From Mantamonas sphyraenae STR306 (lineage: Eukaryota; Protista; CRuMs), in the NCBI GenBank assembly GCA_026936335.1, contig JAPMXV010000060.1, forward strand, positions 62,001-126,000: a stretch of DNA of 64,000 bases, written 5' to 3'. The notes beneath the pieces were generated by a model, which saw only the letters and a program-made list of their open reading frames with translations, was not told the origin of the DNA and did not search any database. Both the position numbers and the translations under genes were made by a program. Positions 26,425-36,368 of this stretch are shown in pieces; positions within the stretch are counted from its first letter, which is position 1; every line of letters begins with the position of its first letter.

Positions 26425-26570
26425 CCGATAGACCGCCATCGTACCAAGCGAGCCCCACTTCTTGAGCACACGGGCTGGGTTGTCTGAATCTTGTTCATCC
26501 TTTCTTCTGTGTTGGTGTCGACCATGGACGCAGTCATCGAAAGAGGCAGCGACTTGTGGGCAATACCCAC

Positions 26571-26966
26571 ATGGTAATACCGGCCGGTGTTGAGTTTCCT
26601 CTCCAGAGCACAATCGTCTACTCGTTCTTGCGCCAATGGCATCAACACAACTCAGGAATGAGCGGCAGTGACAATCTTGTCTCATTGCCTGAGGCAGAGT
26701 TTCTGGAAATGATAGTGGTACACGGCCAAGTCGGAACTTTTGGAGAGAAAAACGGAATGCTTGCCTTTCACCACAAATTTGCGAAATTGCTGGCTGATCA
26801 AGGTTTGTCTTTGTACTACAAAAAGGGTCATGCAGGCAACGGACACAAATTCGTGGTAGCAAGGCCGGGTGAAAGCATCCTCACACAAGAGGAGATTGAC
26901 GACTGGTGTGCATACGTACGCGAAGAGGACAAAGGCTTGGAATTCGAGTACGATCTGACGGAATGA
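26571..26966 (+). CDS. Orphan intronless ORF (~131 aa) in the filler
   Basis: Globular-looking composition (MVIPAGVEFPLQ..EEIDDWCAYVREEDKGLEFEYDLTE); frame open from 26466; no family recognised. Confidence 0.4.
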   Translation: MVIPAGVEFPLQSTIVYSFLRQWHQHNSGMSGSDNLVSLPEAEFLEMIVVHGQVGTFGEKNGMLAFHHKFAKLLADQGLSLYYKKGHAGNGHKFVVARPGESILTQEEIDDWCAYVREEDKGLEFEYDLTE

Positions 26967-27523
26967 ACAAACAACCCTCTTCCAAAAAGAAAGAAGTTTC
27001 TTTTCGGCCATCTAAAGCATGATGGGAGCGTTACAATGGCCTATGCAAAGCTGTACGCCAAGTTCTAGGCAATGAAACCCATTGTGAGATACAAAACGCA
27101 AACCAGCAACCTCGAACAACACAAACGCTGCCACCAAAATTCCCCTCCTGCGTTTGGATAGATTTCACGTGCATGGACACAAGTTCCATTCAAGAGAGGT
27201 ATCGTTTGTCGTGATCATGCGTGAAAGATTGGTGGTGAAGTACTGTGTCGTTTGGTGCGCTCACCAACCCCAAGGCACGATGTAGTGAACGTGCCCTCCC
27301 AATCTCGTTGTCTGTACAAAAATACATCACAATGAACAGTTACACCGTTTTCTTCCTTCATCAAGGCTGTCGCTGCGCACAAAAACCATTCATCGCTTTC
27401 TACAGACTTCCAATCGCGTGAAGGCGAGCGGGATGAAAAACCTTGAATCACATGGTTGGTAAGGCAAAATCTGCATCCTTGATGTTAATGTTCCACACAC
27501 TGACAATGGGAAACCGTGGAAAC

Positions 27524-27800
27524 GCGATTCAGCGACGGGCGCATGGCGGGAGTGAGCATCCAGATGTGGCGACGAGTGTCCACGTGCATCGCCGATGTCC
27601 ATGAGGTCATGGGAGAGATGATCGGGCACTGGAGCTGTTTAAAGAGGCACTGGGGATTGTTCGACGGGGAAATGATTGGGACAAGCAGCTACATGCGGCA
27701 GGGAGCATGAACGGCATCGCTGTGGAGAACGCAAAGAAGGAGTTCGACACTGCAAGTGTGGCTTGTGGTCGAACCCATCCAAACTCCACTGCTCCCACGC
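27524..27800 (+). pseudogene. Decayed TPR-repeat (kinesin light chain/NPHP3-like) fragment
   Basis: AIQRRAHGGSEHPDVATS / CIADVHEVMGE (shifted frame) / DRALELFKEALGIVRR..GRTHPNSTA; two compensating frameshifts. Confidence 0.6.
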
Positions 27801-27862
27801 ACACATCCCGACCTGACAAACACACGATCGGCCCTTTCCACAGTTCATCGTACAATAGCGCA

Positions 27863-28468
27863 AGTCGGTGGCCGAAAACGAGGAGAAAGCAATAGCAATC
27901 TGAAAGCAATCTATCTCTGAACTTCTCATTCATCCAAACCATCGCATTCCATTGCTGTTCCTTCTCCCGAGCTCGCTCTCTTGGTTGCGTGCTCCCGCCA
28001 CGAAAGAGTGTGCATGCGTGTGTGTGGCTGGCTGGATTGGACAGGTCTACAGGAGCATCGTCGACGTGTGCGAGATGCTCATCGCCGACAGCATGGTCGC
28101 GTGTGTCGAGTCTGTTGTCAGACTGCTTCCGATGCTGCTTCGCTCGTGGGAGCTACGAGGCGAGCTAAACGCGGAGCGGGGCGAGCTGATGGACACCGAG
28201 TCCATCAACTTCAGGTTACCCGTGCTGCGTGCATCCTCCGAGATTTCCGACACCTCAGAAGCCGCCACGTCATCCAGCGACGTGTGTTCCTCCTCCAGTT
28301 GCTTGTTGTGCGAGCGCAGCTGCGTCAGGTCCAGCTTGCTCACGCCCACAGGCCGGCGCGACGTAAACGCAAACGTGCCATTGCGCACAGGTGACACCGA
28401 CAGCGAGTTGGTCGTCACCATTGTGCGTCCGTTCACGCTCGTGATGTGTTTGCCACTCTCCATGTCGT
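27863..28468. repeat. Copy B of the direct duplication (~606 bp, with local micro-insertions)
   Basis: Matches 25849-26424. Confidence 0.95.
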
Positions 28469-30140
28469 TTGCATCCGGTGCCAGACCGCGTTCGCTCAGC
28501 AGGCCGCCTTGCTCCACACGTCCACCCTGGTCCTCCAGCAACAGCTCGTCGTCGTCATGCAGGCCAGCTTCCGAGATATGCGGACGCACCTGTGCCTGCA
28601 GTGTCGATGACATGCGACGAGGACTCGTCTGTTTGCCACCACGTCGTCGTTGCGACCCACTTCCCGATGCACTCTTTTGCTGGTGCAACAGTGCAGCAAG
28701 CCCACTGCTGCTGCGTGTGCCACCCCCACCCCCGCTCCCACTTCCACCACTGCTCATGCCTGCGCTTCCCTCCTGTGCAGCTGCTCCCTGGTCGCCTCCA
28801 CTGCCGTTCAGGCGGTACCACTGCTCACGCCACAGGGTACCCGACCCATCGTGTGCCTTGGAACGTGCCAACCCGGCCAACTCCTCGCTCAGGCGCTCCC
28901 GCTCTTTGGCCAGCGCCAGCTCCCGCTCTTTGTACTCCTTCAGCCTCGTCAGCATGGCGATTTCGTCTTCGCTGTAGCTGCCCCAGGACGAGCTACGTGG
29001 CCGCACTGCCGCGCTACTTGCGTGTGCTGCGTTGGCCACACCGTACGCATCTGCCGACATTTGCGGAACCTCGCTGAATCCACCCGAAGCCAATTCGGCG
29101 GAAAACATGCCTCCTGCGGAGCTGTCCGACGAGCCCCTGCCGCCATGCATCTGTCCATGTGTCTGTGCTGTTTGTGCTGTTTGTGCTGTTTGTGCTGTCG
29201 CCTGTGCCTGCTGCTGCAGCCGCGATGCAGTAGACGACGACGGCAATCCTTCGGCGTATACGCCTGCCACGTCGTCGTACGATTCGCTGTCGTACGCGCC
29301 CGTGTGTTCATCGTCGCTGACCGACGGTTCCTGCACGTCGAGCAGGGTGGCCTGCAGGGAGTCCAGGGCCGGCGGGGCACTGCCCATGCTGCGGTACGGT
29401 TGCCACACCACACTGCTCGTGGGGATGGGGTTGACCAAAGGCAGCGGCGGTGGCATGTCTGGCGTCGTGTCTGTGCTCCATCGTCGTTTGTGCTTGTTGA
29501 CGACGTTGCTACCCACGCCCCGTGGCACCTGCACGGGCACCACGCCCCCGTCCCCTTGCCGCTTGCTCTCCTTTTTGCTGTCCTTCACACCGCGCTTCTT
29601 CTCCCCACGCGTTCCCTTGCTGCTCTCCCGCGGCGTCTTGGCTGTGGGCGTAAACAGGCCCGTGGATGTGTTGTACACCTTGGGCTGTCCACCTCCGCCC
29701 ACACCCACACTTGTCCCGTTGCCACCCGAACCCAACTTTCCACTCCCTCGCGACGAGCTCTTGCGCAGACCACCCGACTTGCCTCCCTTGCGGTGGCTGC
29801 TGTGCGACAGCTGTTGGCTGTGCGGACTCTTGCGTCGTGACGCCGACGACGTCGTCCCAGACGTCTCTGGTGAGGCGATGCGTCTCACCGTCACTTCGGG
29901 CGACGACGGCGTGGGCGAAGGCGTGGGCGTGCTTGTGCCCACCGACGGCGTCCCGGGGCTCGATGACCCCTTGCGGCGTGTGCCTCCCGATGGGCTCGAC
30001 ACGGGCGAATTGGGCGTCGAGCTGCGGCCCGTGCTCGACACAGAGCTTTGAGATTTCGAGCGGCGCTGCAGGCGAACTTCTTCCAGTCCTGAGTCCCCCG
30101 TCGAGTTGTGCAAGCCATGCTCACTGCTCTTTTTGCTCAT
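28047..30140 (-). CDS. Unknown Ser/Gly-rich low-complexity protein with a short coiled coil
   Basis: 697-aa open frame; coiled coil LTRLKEYKERELALAKERERLSEEL; upstream exons possible. Confidence 0.6.
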   Translation of the reverse strand: MSKKSSEHGLHNSTGDSGLEEVRLQRRSKSQSSVSSTGRSSTPNSPVSSPSGGTRRKGSSSPGTPSVGTSTPTPSPTPSSPEVTVRRIASPETSGTTSSASRRKSPHSQQLSHSSHRKGGKSGGLRKSSSRGSGKLGSGGNGTSVGVGGGGQPKVYNTSTGLFTPTAKTPRESSKGTRGEKKRGVKDSKKESKRQGDGGVVPVQVPRGVGSNVVNKHKRRWSTDTTPDMPPPLPLVNPIPTSSVVWQPYRSMGSAPPALDSLQATLLDVQEPSVSDDEHTGAYDSESYDDVAGVYAEGLPSSSTASRLQQQAQATAQTAQTAQTAQTHGQMHGGRGSSDSSAGGMFSAELASGGFSEVPQMSADAYGVANAAHASSAAVRPRSSSWGSYSEDEIAMLTRLKEYKERELALAKERERLSEELAGLARSKAHDGSGTLWREQWYRLNGSGGDQGAAAQEGSAGMSSGGSGSGGGGGTRSSSGLAALLHQQKSASGSGSQRRRGGKQTSPRRMSSTLQAQVRPHISEAGLHDDDELLLEDQGGRVEQGGLLSERGLAPDANDMESGKHITSVNGRTMVTTNSLSVSPVRNGTFAFTSRRPVGVSKLDLTQLRSHNKQLEEEHTSLDDVAASEVSEISEDARSTGNLKLMDSVSISSPRSAFSSPRSSHERSSIGSSLTTDSTHATMLSAMSISHTSTMLL

Positions 30141-30628
30141 CTTCTTGCTGGTTGTGTATCTTGTGAGCGGTCGCTGTAACTGGCCTGTGTGGAGGCGTGT
30201 GTGCGCCTGTGTGAGTCGTTATCAAAGCTTTTTGGCATTCCAATAATTCCACCTGCAGACCCCTTTTCTCCTTTGGTAGGCCCGGAAAAGCGTGCATGGC
30301 ATGTATGCACTACGCCGATGAAGTGCAGGCCTTGCTGACTGCCTGGGCCAGGGCACATGCAACCGTAGGATGTACGCCAGGGTGTGGATGGGCCGGGAGA
30401 ACGCGTGGACAAAGGGGAAGAAAAACCTTGGGTCCCGGCCGTCCCATCTCGCGGCGCCGCCGTACCGCATGCACAGGCTGTGATTGGCTACCAAACCCCC
30501 ATGATGGGCTTGTCTAACGGGGTTGCCACTCATGGGACCAAGCATGCACAATACTGACTTCTTGTTCAACTCACTTTCAAGCTGGTCTGGAGCGGGCGCG
30601 GCAGCAGCCCAAATTGTAGCGCCCATGG

Positions 30629-32774
30629 ATGAAGTGAGTGGACTGGAGACGTGATCAATGCCACACGGGGTCGACAGGCGCGTGTTGGGAGACATGTGCA
30701 GGGTGAAGCATGGCGACTGGGGCGCACAGCACTCACACGGGAAACTGGGCATTGTGTTCAAGAACGAGACCGGCCGGCGAGGCGGTACAAGCAGCGACAT
30801 TGACTTTGTCAAGACCTCTGTGCGCAAACCCAAGGGCATTAAGAAGCTGCTGAAGCCACTTCAGAAGCAACCTACCACGGAGCAGCTGCACAACGGGCCC
30901 GTCGTGACGTTTCCCGTCACCAAAGTGGGCAAGGGAGGCAAGCGCCAGCCACGCACGCTGGCCGTAAGCAACCAAGGCGTCAGCAATCTCAATGGCAAAA
31001 TCACTCAGGTGCGTGTGTGTCGATGCAAGTGCCACCTCACGTGTGCACACCCTCGTCTTGCTTGTGCATCCGCGTCTCCGGATCCGTCTTATCCAAAACG
31101 AGCCTTTCTTCCGTCAAGATCCCTCTCTGGGCGCCGCCACTCACACGCCCACGCCTTACTCACGCTTCCGCTTCCGCCTGCAGTGGTTTTTCCCTCCCGA
31201 GGATGTGCACAAGATTGAAGCGGAAGAGGACACGGAACAGGGCACACGGGCAATCACCCTCACTGTCCTGCAGCGCTATGTGTTTGAAGCCGACGATGCC
31301 GCACAGGTTGGTTTTCAGCCAAAAAACCACACGCACGCAGCACGCCAACCCCCCCTTCCCCTTCCCCGAACCTCCCGTGGTAGCGTCCATCCACATCTGC
31401 CCCACCTATGCACGTACACCCACTCTGCTCTGACACCCAGTGTTTCACCTCCAGGCCCGGCGACTCGTGGAAACTTGCTACAAGCTGCAGCTGGGTCACA
31501 ACCTGCAGGGGGGCGGCCAATTTGACGAAAACCTGACTCTGGATGATTTTGATTTGAGCAAAGTCATCGGCAAGGGTTCGTTTGGAAAAGTGCTGCTTGC
31601 GGAGCGCCGCGAAACGGGAGACAAGTTTGCCATGAAGGTGCTTGACAAAGAGGAGCTGTTCAAGCGCGACCAGATCGAGCACATCAAGACGGAACACGCC
31701 ATCATGTCCACCATCGAACATCCGTACATGGTGCGTCTCCACTACTCCTTCCAAACATCCGACAAGCTGTACATGTGCCTCGACTACGTGGACGGGGGAG
31801 AGCTCTTCTACCACCTCAAACAGTACGTGTGCTTGCTGCCTCCCTTCACCCTCCTGTTCGTGCCACGCATTCGCTCACCGTTCCCTTTTTGCACACAACC
31901 CACCCACTTCCACCACAGCGCCGGCAAGTTTCCCGAGGAACTGGCCAAGTTTTACATTGCCGAAATCTGCTTGGTGCTGAGCTTCCTCCACCAGCACAAC
32001 ATCGTGTACAGGGACCTGAAGCCCGAGAACGTGCTGCTCACAAAGACGGGCCACATCAAGATCACCGACTTTGGTCTTGCAAAGTCGGGTATCACCTCGG
32101 TGGGCGGCAAGGCGGACGGCCAGACGACAAAGACCTTCTGCGGCACGCCAGAGTACCTGGCCCCGGAGGTGTTGACAGGCATTGGTCACGGCCAGGCTGT
32201 GGACTGGTGGAGCGCAGGCATCTTGCTGTACGAAATGCTCACAGGCATGCCGCCGTTCTACTCCAACAACCGCAACGAAATGTACATCCTCACCATCAAG
32301 GGGGAACTGGAGTTTCCCGACGAGGTGTCGGAAGAGGCTCGTGAGGTACTCCTCAAATTCCTGGATCGCGATCCCGAGCAGCGGCTGGGCTCCACCGAAG
32401 GAGGTTTGGAGGCGCTGAAGAAGTACGCCTTCTTTGCTGACGTGGACTGGGACCGGTTGAGCCGTGGCGAACTGGACCCGCCCATGATCCCAGAGACGCT
32501 GATGGGCTACGACGATGACGATATCGTGACGGACGAGGAAGATCGGGACAGCGAGGTCAACGTGACGACCAATCTGCGCATGGAGAGCATGTCGCGGGAG
32601 TCGGAGTACAGCGAGTACAGCGACGGAGAGTACGACGAAGAGGACGAAGAGTACGAGGAGGGTGAAGAGGGCGAGGAGGACGATGACGAAGAGGACGATG
32701 AGTTTGAGGACGAGAACGGGCTGCCCAAGAAGACCATCATGATTGAGAGTGACAGCGACGAGGACGACGAATGA
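30629..32774 (+). CDS. AGC-group Ser/Thr kinase (Akt/SGK/Ypk-like) with N-terminal PH-like region and acidic tail; ~5 exons
   Basis: KVIGKGSFGKVLL, FAMKVLDK, VYRDLKPENVLL, ITDFGLAK, TFCGTPEYLAPE, VDWWSAG; start inferred (ATGAA|GTGAGT). Confidence 0.88.
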
Positions 32775-32844
32775 GCAGGAGCAACGAGGAGGAGTGACAC
32801 ATTACAGGTACCCGTACGTTCATTTCCCCGATCGTTGCTCTCTC

Positions 32845-33434
32845 CTACAGCGTCAAGGTGGTGCCAAAGACGCGGTATGCGCGGCCAATAGACACGGCGC
32901 CAGCGGGGGGACGAGGCACGTAGCTCTTGATGCAGCAGTCGAGCACAGATTGGTTCCCCACGAGCGTCTCCATCTTGGATCGTAGCAGGTTGTGGGAGAC
33001 GTTGGAGAGGGAAAGGTCAGTGGCAGGCAGACCCAGGAATTGTTCTGCGTCGTCGCCGTACAAGATGAGGCCGAGCTCATCGGTGCGGTCACGCACGTGC
33101 AGCTTGAACATGTACACAAAGTCTGTGGGCTGCTCGCACGCATATGAGCAAGATGGACACAGCATGGCCCGAGGATGGCGTATGGTCTTGGCCTCGCTGG
33201 CCGCTTCCAAGCACGTCTGGCACCGGGGACACACCGGACGACAAAAGTCGCGCACGTCCTTGGGCCAAAAGCCAGTGGGACGTACATGACAGCGGTACTT
33301 GTGCGCACGCTGGCTGCTGCGTTTGACGTCCTCCAGTGTGGAAACGGGTTGCTCACGGAACGACGGTGCAACGGACGATGCCATCTCGCTTTTCGCCGTC
33401 GCTGTCGCTTTGGAGGAAGAACTGCTGGCACTGT

Positions 33435-33466
<32 letters not shown>

Positions 33467-35186
33467 GAGGCGGAGCTGGAGCTGCGGTCAAGGCCAAACT
33501 GGGCCATGTACTGATCAACGACGTGCTGGACAACGGGCAAGTCGGAGCGAAGAACGGTCACCTTGCTCCTGTCGTCCAGAACACACATAAACATGCCTCC
33601 GTTGCTTTGCGTGTGGATTTTGCGGAGACGCAACCACGTTCCTGGCTTGATGGAGGCCCCGAGATATTGGGCATGGAGGCCCGCCACGTCGATCCAAAGG
33701 CGGGTGCCCGATTTTGGATCGCGGATGGCGTCGGCGTTTCCGTCGTTGCTGTGGACACTGCTGCTGCTGCTGTCCTGGCGTTGCCATGTCTGCATACCCG
33801 ACCCCTCCACGAGAGTGGTGCCGTCCCACAGCGAGAGGGCACCGCGTCCCTCGTTGGTGACTTTCATATCCACCACCTGGCCGAGAAGGTCGCATACCAT
33901 CCGTTGGCTGCTCACTGCCGACACAGGAATGATGTAGGAAGCACCAAAGTCGGCGTAAATCTGGGTGCCGAGACGGGCAAAGGTCTCGTGTGCCCACTCT
34001 CGCATTTGGATGACACGCAGGCGGTCACTCTCGCCAAACGAGTGTTGCAACACCTTTCCGTCGGCGGTGAGGCTGGGGCGCACCTCGATGGGTTTGTTCG
34101 GGGTGCCATCGAGGACTAGGAAGCTGCTGCCTTTTTGTGAGACACCACACAGCCGGCCCTGGTGCGAGACGATGCGCAGACGATGTGCACGAAAGATGTC
34201 GCCCACCTGCGTCACCTCTGGCAACTGGCCGTATCGTCTGAGAAACAGATTGATGGACAGACCAAACGATGGGCGCGGGGCCGTCGGGTCGACAAGCGTC
34301 ACGTTGAGCATCATGTCCCTGCCCCGTGTGGGCTTGGGCAGACAAAAGTCTGTAATGACACCGTACACATTGGCTGTTGTACCGGGCGACAGATCGGAGA
34401 TGCACGTGTACGTGTACTTGCTTCCCGTCTGGGTCGAGCTGCTGCGTGACGGCGATTCGATACGCTGCCTCTTTGGTTGAGGCGATGTGGACGTGAGCGT
34501 TGACTTTGGAGTGCTGGGAGAGCGTGCAGAGTCGGGAGTGGCAATGTCGTCTTCGATCTCGTCGTCGTCGTCTGGCCGAGCTCGCTTCTGCGCGGCTGCC
34601 ATGTGCGCAATCGTTTCCTGGTCGTACAGTTGACCGTCGTGCTGGTTGCCTTCGATCAACACACGAATGCTGGCAGTCTGCCGCTGAGGCGTGCTGGAAT
34701 CGACAGGGTTGCCGACGACAAGGCGACACGGGTGGTCGTCTGCAAACTCGGCCTGCGCATCCTGCACAAGAGCACCACGCACAGTCAGTCGACAGTCCCG
34801 TTGCATGTGTTTGTGCAAGAGAGACCATGGGTGGTGGAACTGGACGGTAATGTCGGAGCGGGGACCTGTGGCACGCGAGTCTGCGGCACAAAGAGCGCGC
34901 GTGTCAGGAACTCGGCACAAACGCACACACGCATGGCCTGCAAGAACAACTCTACCTTGCAACAGCAGAGAAAACATCGAATGATCCCGTTTCGGCGCAA
35001 AAACGACCTTGACTTTGCCCTGCGCAAGGCGTAGGGCGGGCGAGACGGCGGGCAAAAGGTGTGTGAGTGATCAGGATCTTGCGTACACTCGACGCGGCCG
35101 CCACAACGCACCTCGACAGTCATGTTGGCCAGGCTTCGACGAATGTTGATGTCCGGGATGGACACGGTGCCAGATTGAGTGGCCAT
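32845..35186 (-). CDS. POT1: POT1 telomeric ssDNA-binding protein with N-terminal extension
   Basis: OB1 ANVYGVITDFCLPKPTRGRDMMLNVTLVDPT..LPEVTQVGDIFRAHRL; OB2 CDLLGQV..LSLWDGT; C-terminal CxxC..CxxC, FVYMFKLHVRD..DAEQFL and LDCCIKSY..YRVFGTTL. Confidence 0.88.
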
Positions 35187-35430
35187 GCCGGCAGGTGACC
35201 CAGCGGAATTGTTGTGATGGAAGTGTTGGTTGAGCGGTGGCGGGAGGCGTTGGTGCACGACATGCCACGAAGCAAGACTCGGAGTAACAGAAAGCGCAGA
35301 GGGGGTACCAAAACGCAAACACACCCAGGGATTGGGGAGTTGGCAATGGGTAAGGCGGCTGAGACTGTGAGGCAGGAGGCTTTGCTACGGCGTGCTGACA
35401 CACACAACGGCGACGACAGATCTGGCGCTG

Positions 35431-36183
35431 ATGGAGGCTGGTGTGCGCGATTCATTCCTTGTAGATTACATTTGGTTGGATACGACGCAAGTGGGGTGGC
35501 TAAGGGAGGCAGTGGAGGACAACCAAGCGCTGCAGGCTCGCTCAACCAAGGCTGTAGTGCTGGTTCAGGGAGGGCAGGAGTTGGTGATGGTGCTCAGCAT
35601 GCTCTATGTACACACTCTGGTGGATTCGGTGTCCGAAACCCACTGTATGCTCGTCGATGTGAGCGGCAGGGCGAAAGAACCGGCTGTGGTGCAAGGCTCG
35701 CCCGCTAAGGCGGTCCTGAACGCTCTGCAGGTATGTGCAGAGGAGTTGGCGGCTTGTACCGAGGATACATATGTGGTGGACGACGCTGTGAACGCGTTCA
35801 CGTTGACCGGCATGCTGCTGGGATACCCGTGCCTCTTTGTCATGCTGGATGAGCAGGGAGAGACGGAACATGCAGACGCAAACTGCCTCGCCGGACAAAC
35901 GGTGCGCATTGAGCGACTCCAGCTGCGCTGTGGGTGGGACGACAGCGAATGGCAGGTTGGGGCGTTTTCGGTGCCGCTCGCATGCACAATCAACGATGAC
36001 CAGCAACAGGCGGGATGTGATGTGGATCGGGAGTCCGATGTGACGACGGGGTATTGGTCGCAGGAGGTGAATCATGGTGCAAGTGAGCTCTTTGTACAGC
36101 AGATGGAGCGATTGGGCCGATGGGAGGACGTCGTCTGGCGATGGGTGCTGGAAGAGCGCGACGCAGGCCTTGTTGGTTTGTGA
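35431..36183 (+). CDS. UPF0739/C1orf74-like (DUF4504) protein; start uncertain
   Basis: AFTLTGMLLGYP..ANCL..FSVP pattern. Confidence 0.6.
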   Translation: MEAGVRDSFLVDYIWLDTTQVGWLREAVEDNQALQARSTKAVVLVQGGQELVMVLSMLYVHTLVDSVSETHCMLVDVSGRAKEPAVVQGSPAKAVLNALQVCAEELAACTEDTYVVDDAVNAFTLTGMLLGYPCLFVMLDEQGETEHADANCLAGQTVRIERLQLRCGWDDSEWQVGAFSVPLACTINDDQQQAGCDVDRESDVTTGYWSQEVNHGASELFVQQMERLGRWEDVVWRWVLEERDAGLVGL

Positions 36184-36368
36184 ACTACAGCATAGCCGCG
36201 ATGGTGTTGAAATGAATCGTTGTGCAAGTCACCCAGTGTGTGTGTCGTTCGGTGGGGGAGGGGCGGCGTCAGGATGCGCAGAGGCGGATTGCCCTGCGCG
36301 CGTCGTCATGCAAGCCGATCATTCCCCACGAATTGTCACTGCGTATACACATCACACCGTCACCACAT

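Larger units (their letters stand above)
26425..27862. other. 1.44-kb lower-GC filler between the duplicated copies
   Basis: Unique sequence with A/T runs unlike the flanks; no transposase or RT motifs recognised. Confidence 0.75.

Noticed and set aside
26003-26458. Chimeric new gene from copy A on the minus strand
   Set aside because: The frame closes at a stop ~70 nt into the filler with no upstream ATG; most likely a truncated duplicate
25849-28468. LTR retrotransposon or DNA transposon reading of the direct repeats
   Set aside because: The repeats consist of host gene 3' ends; no TG..CA termini, PBS/PPT, gag/pol or transposase recognised
30270-30300. SRP RNA helix-8-like motif (aggcccggaaaagcg)
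   Set aside because: The stem around GAAA does not pair and the AGCAG motif is missing
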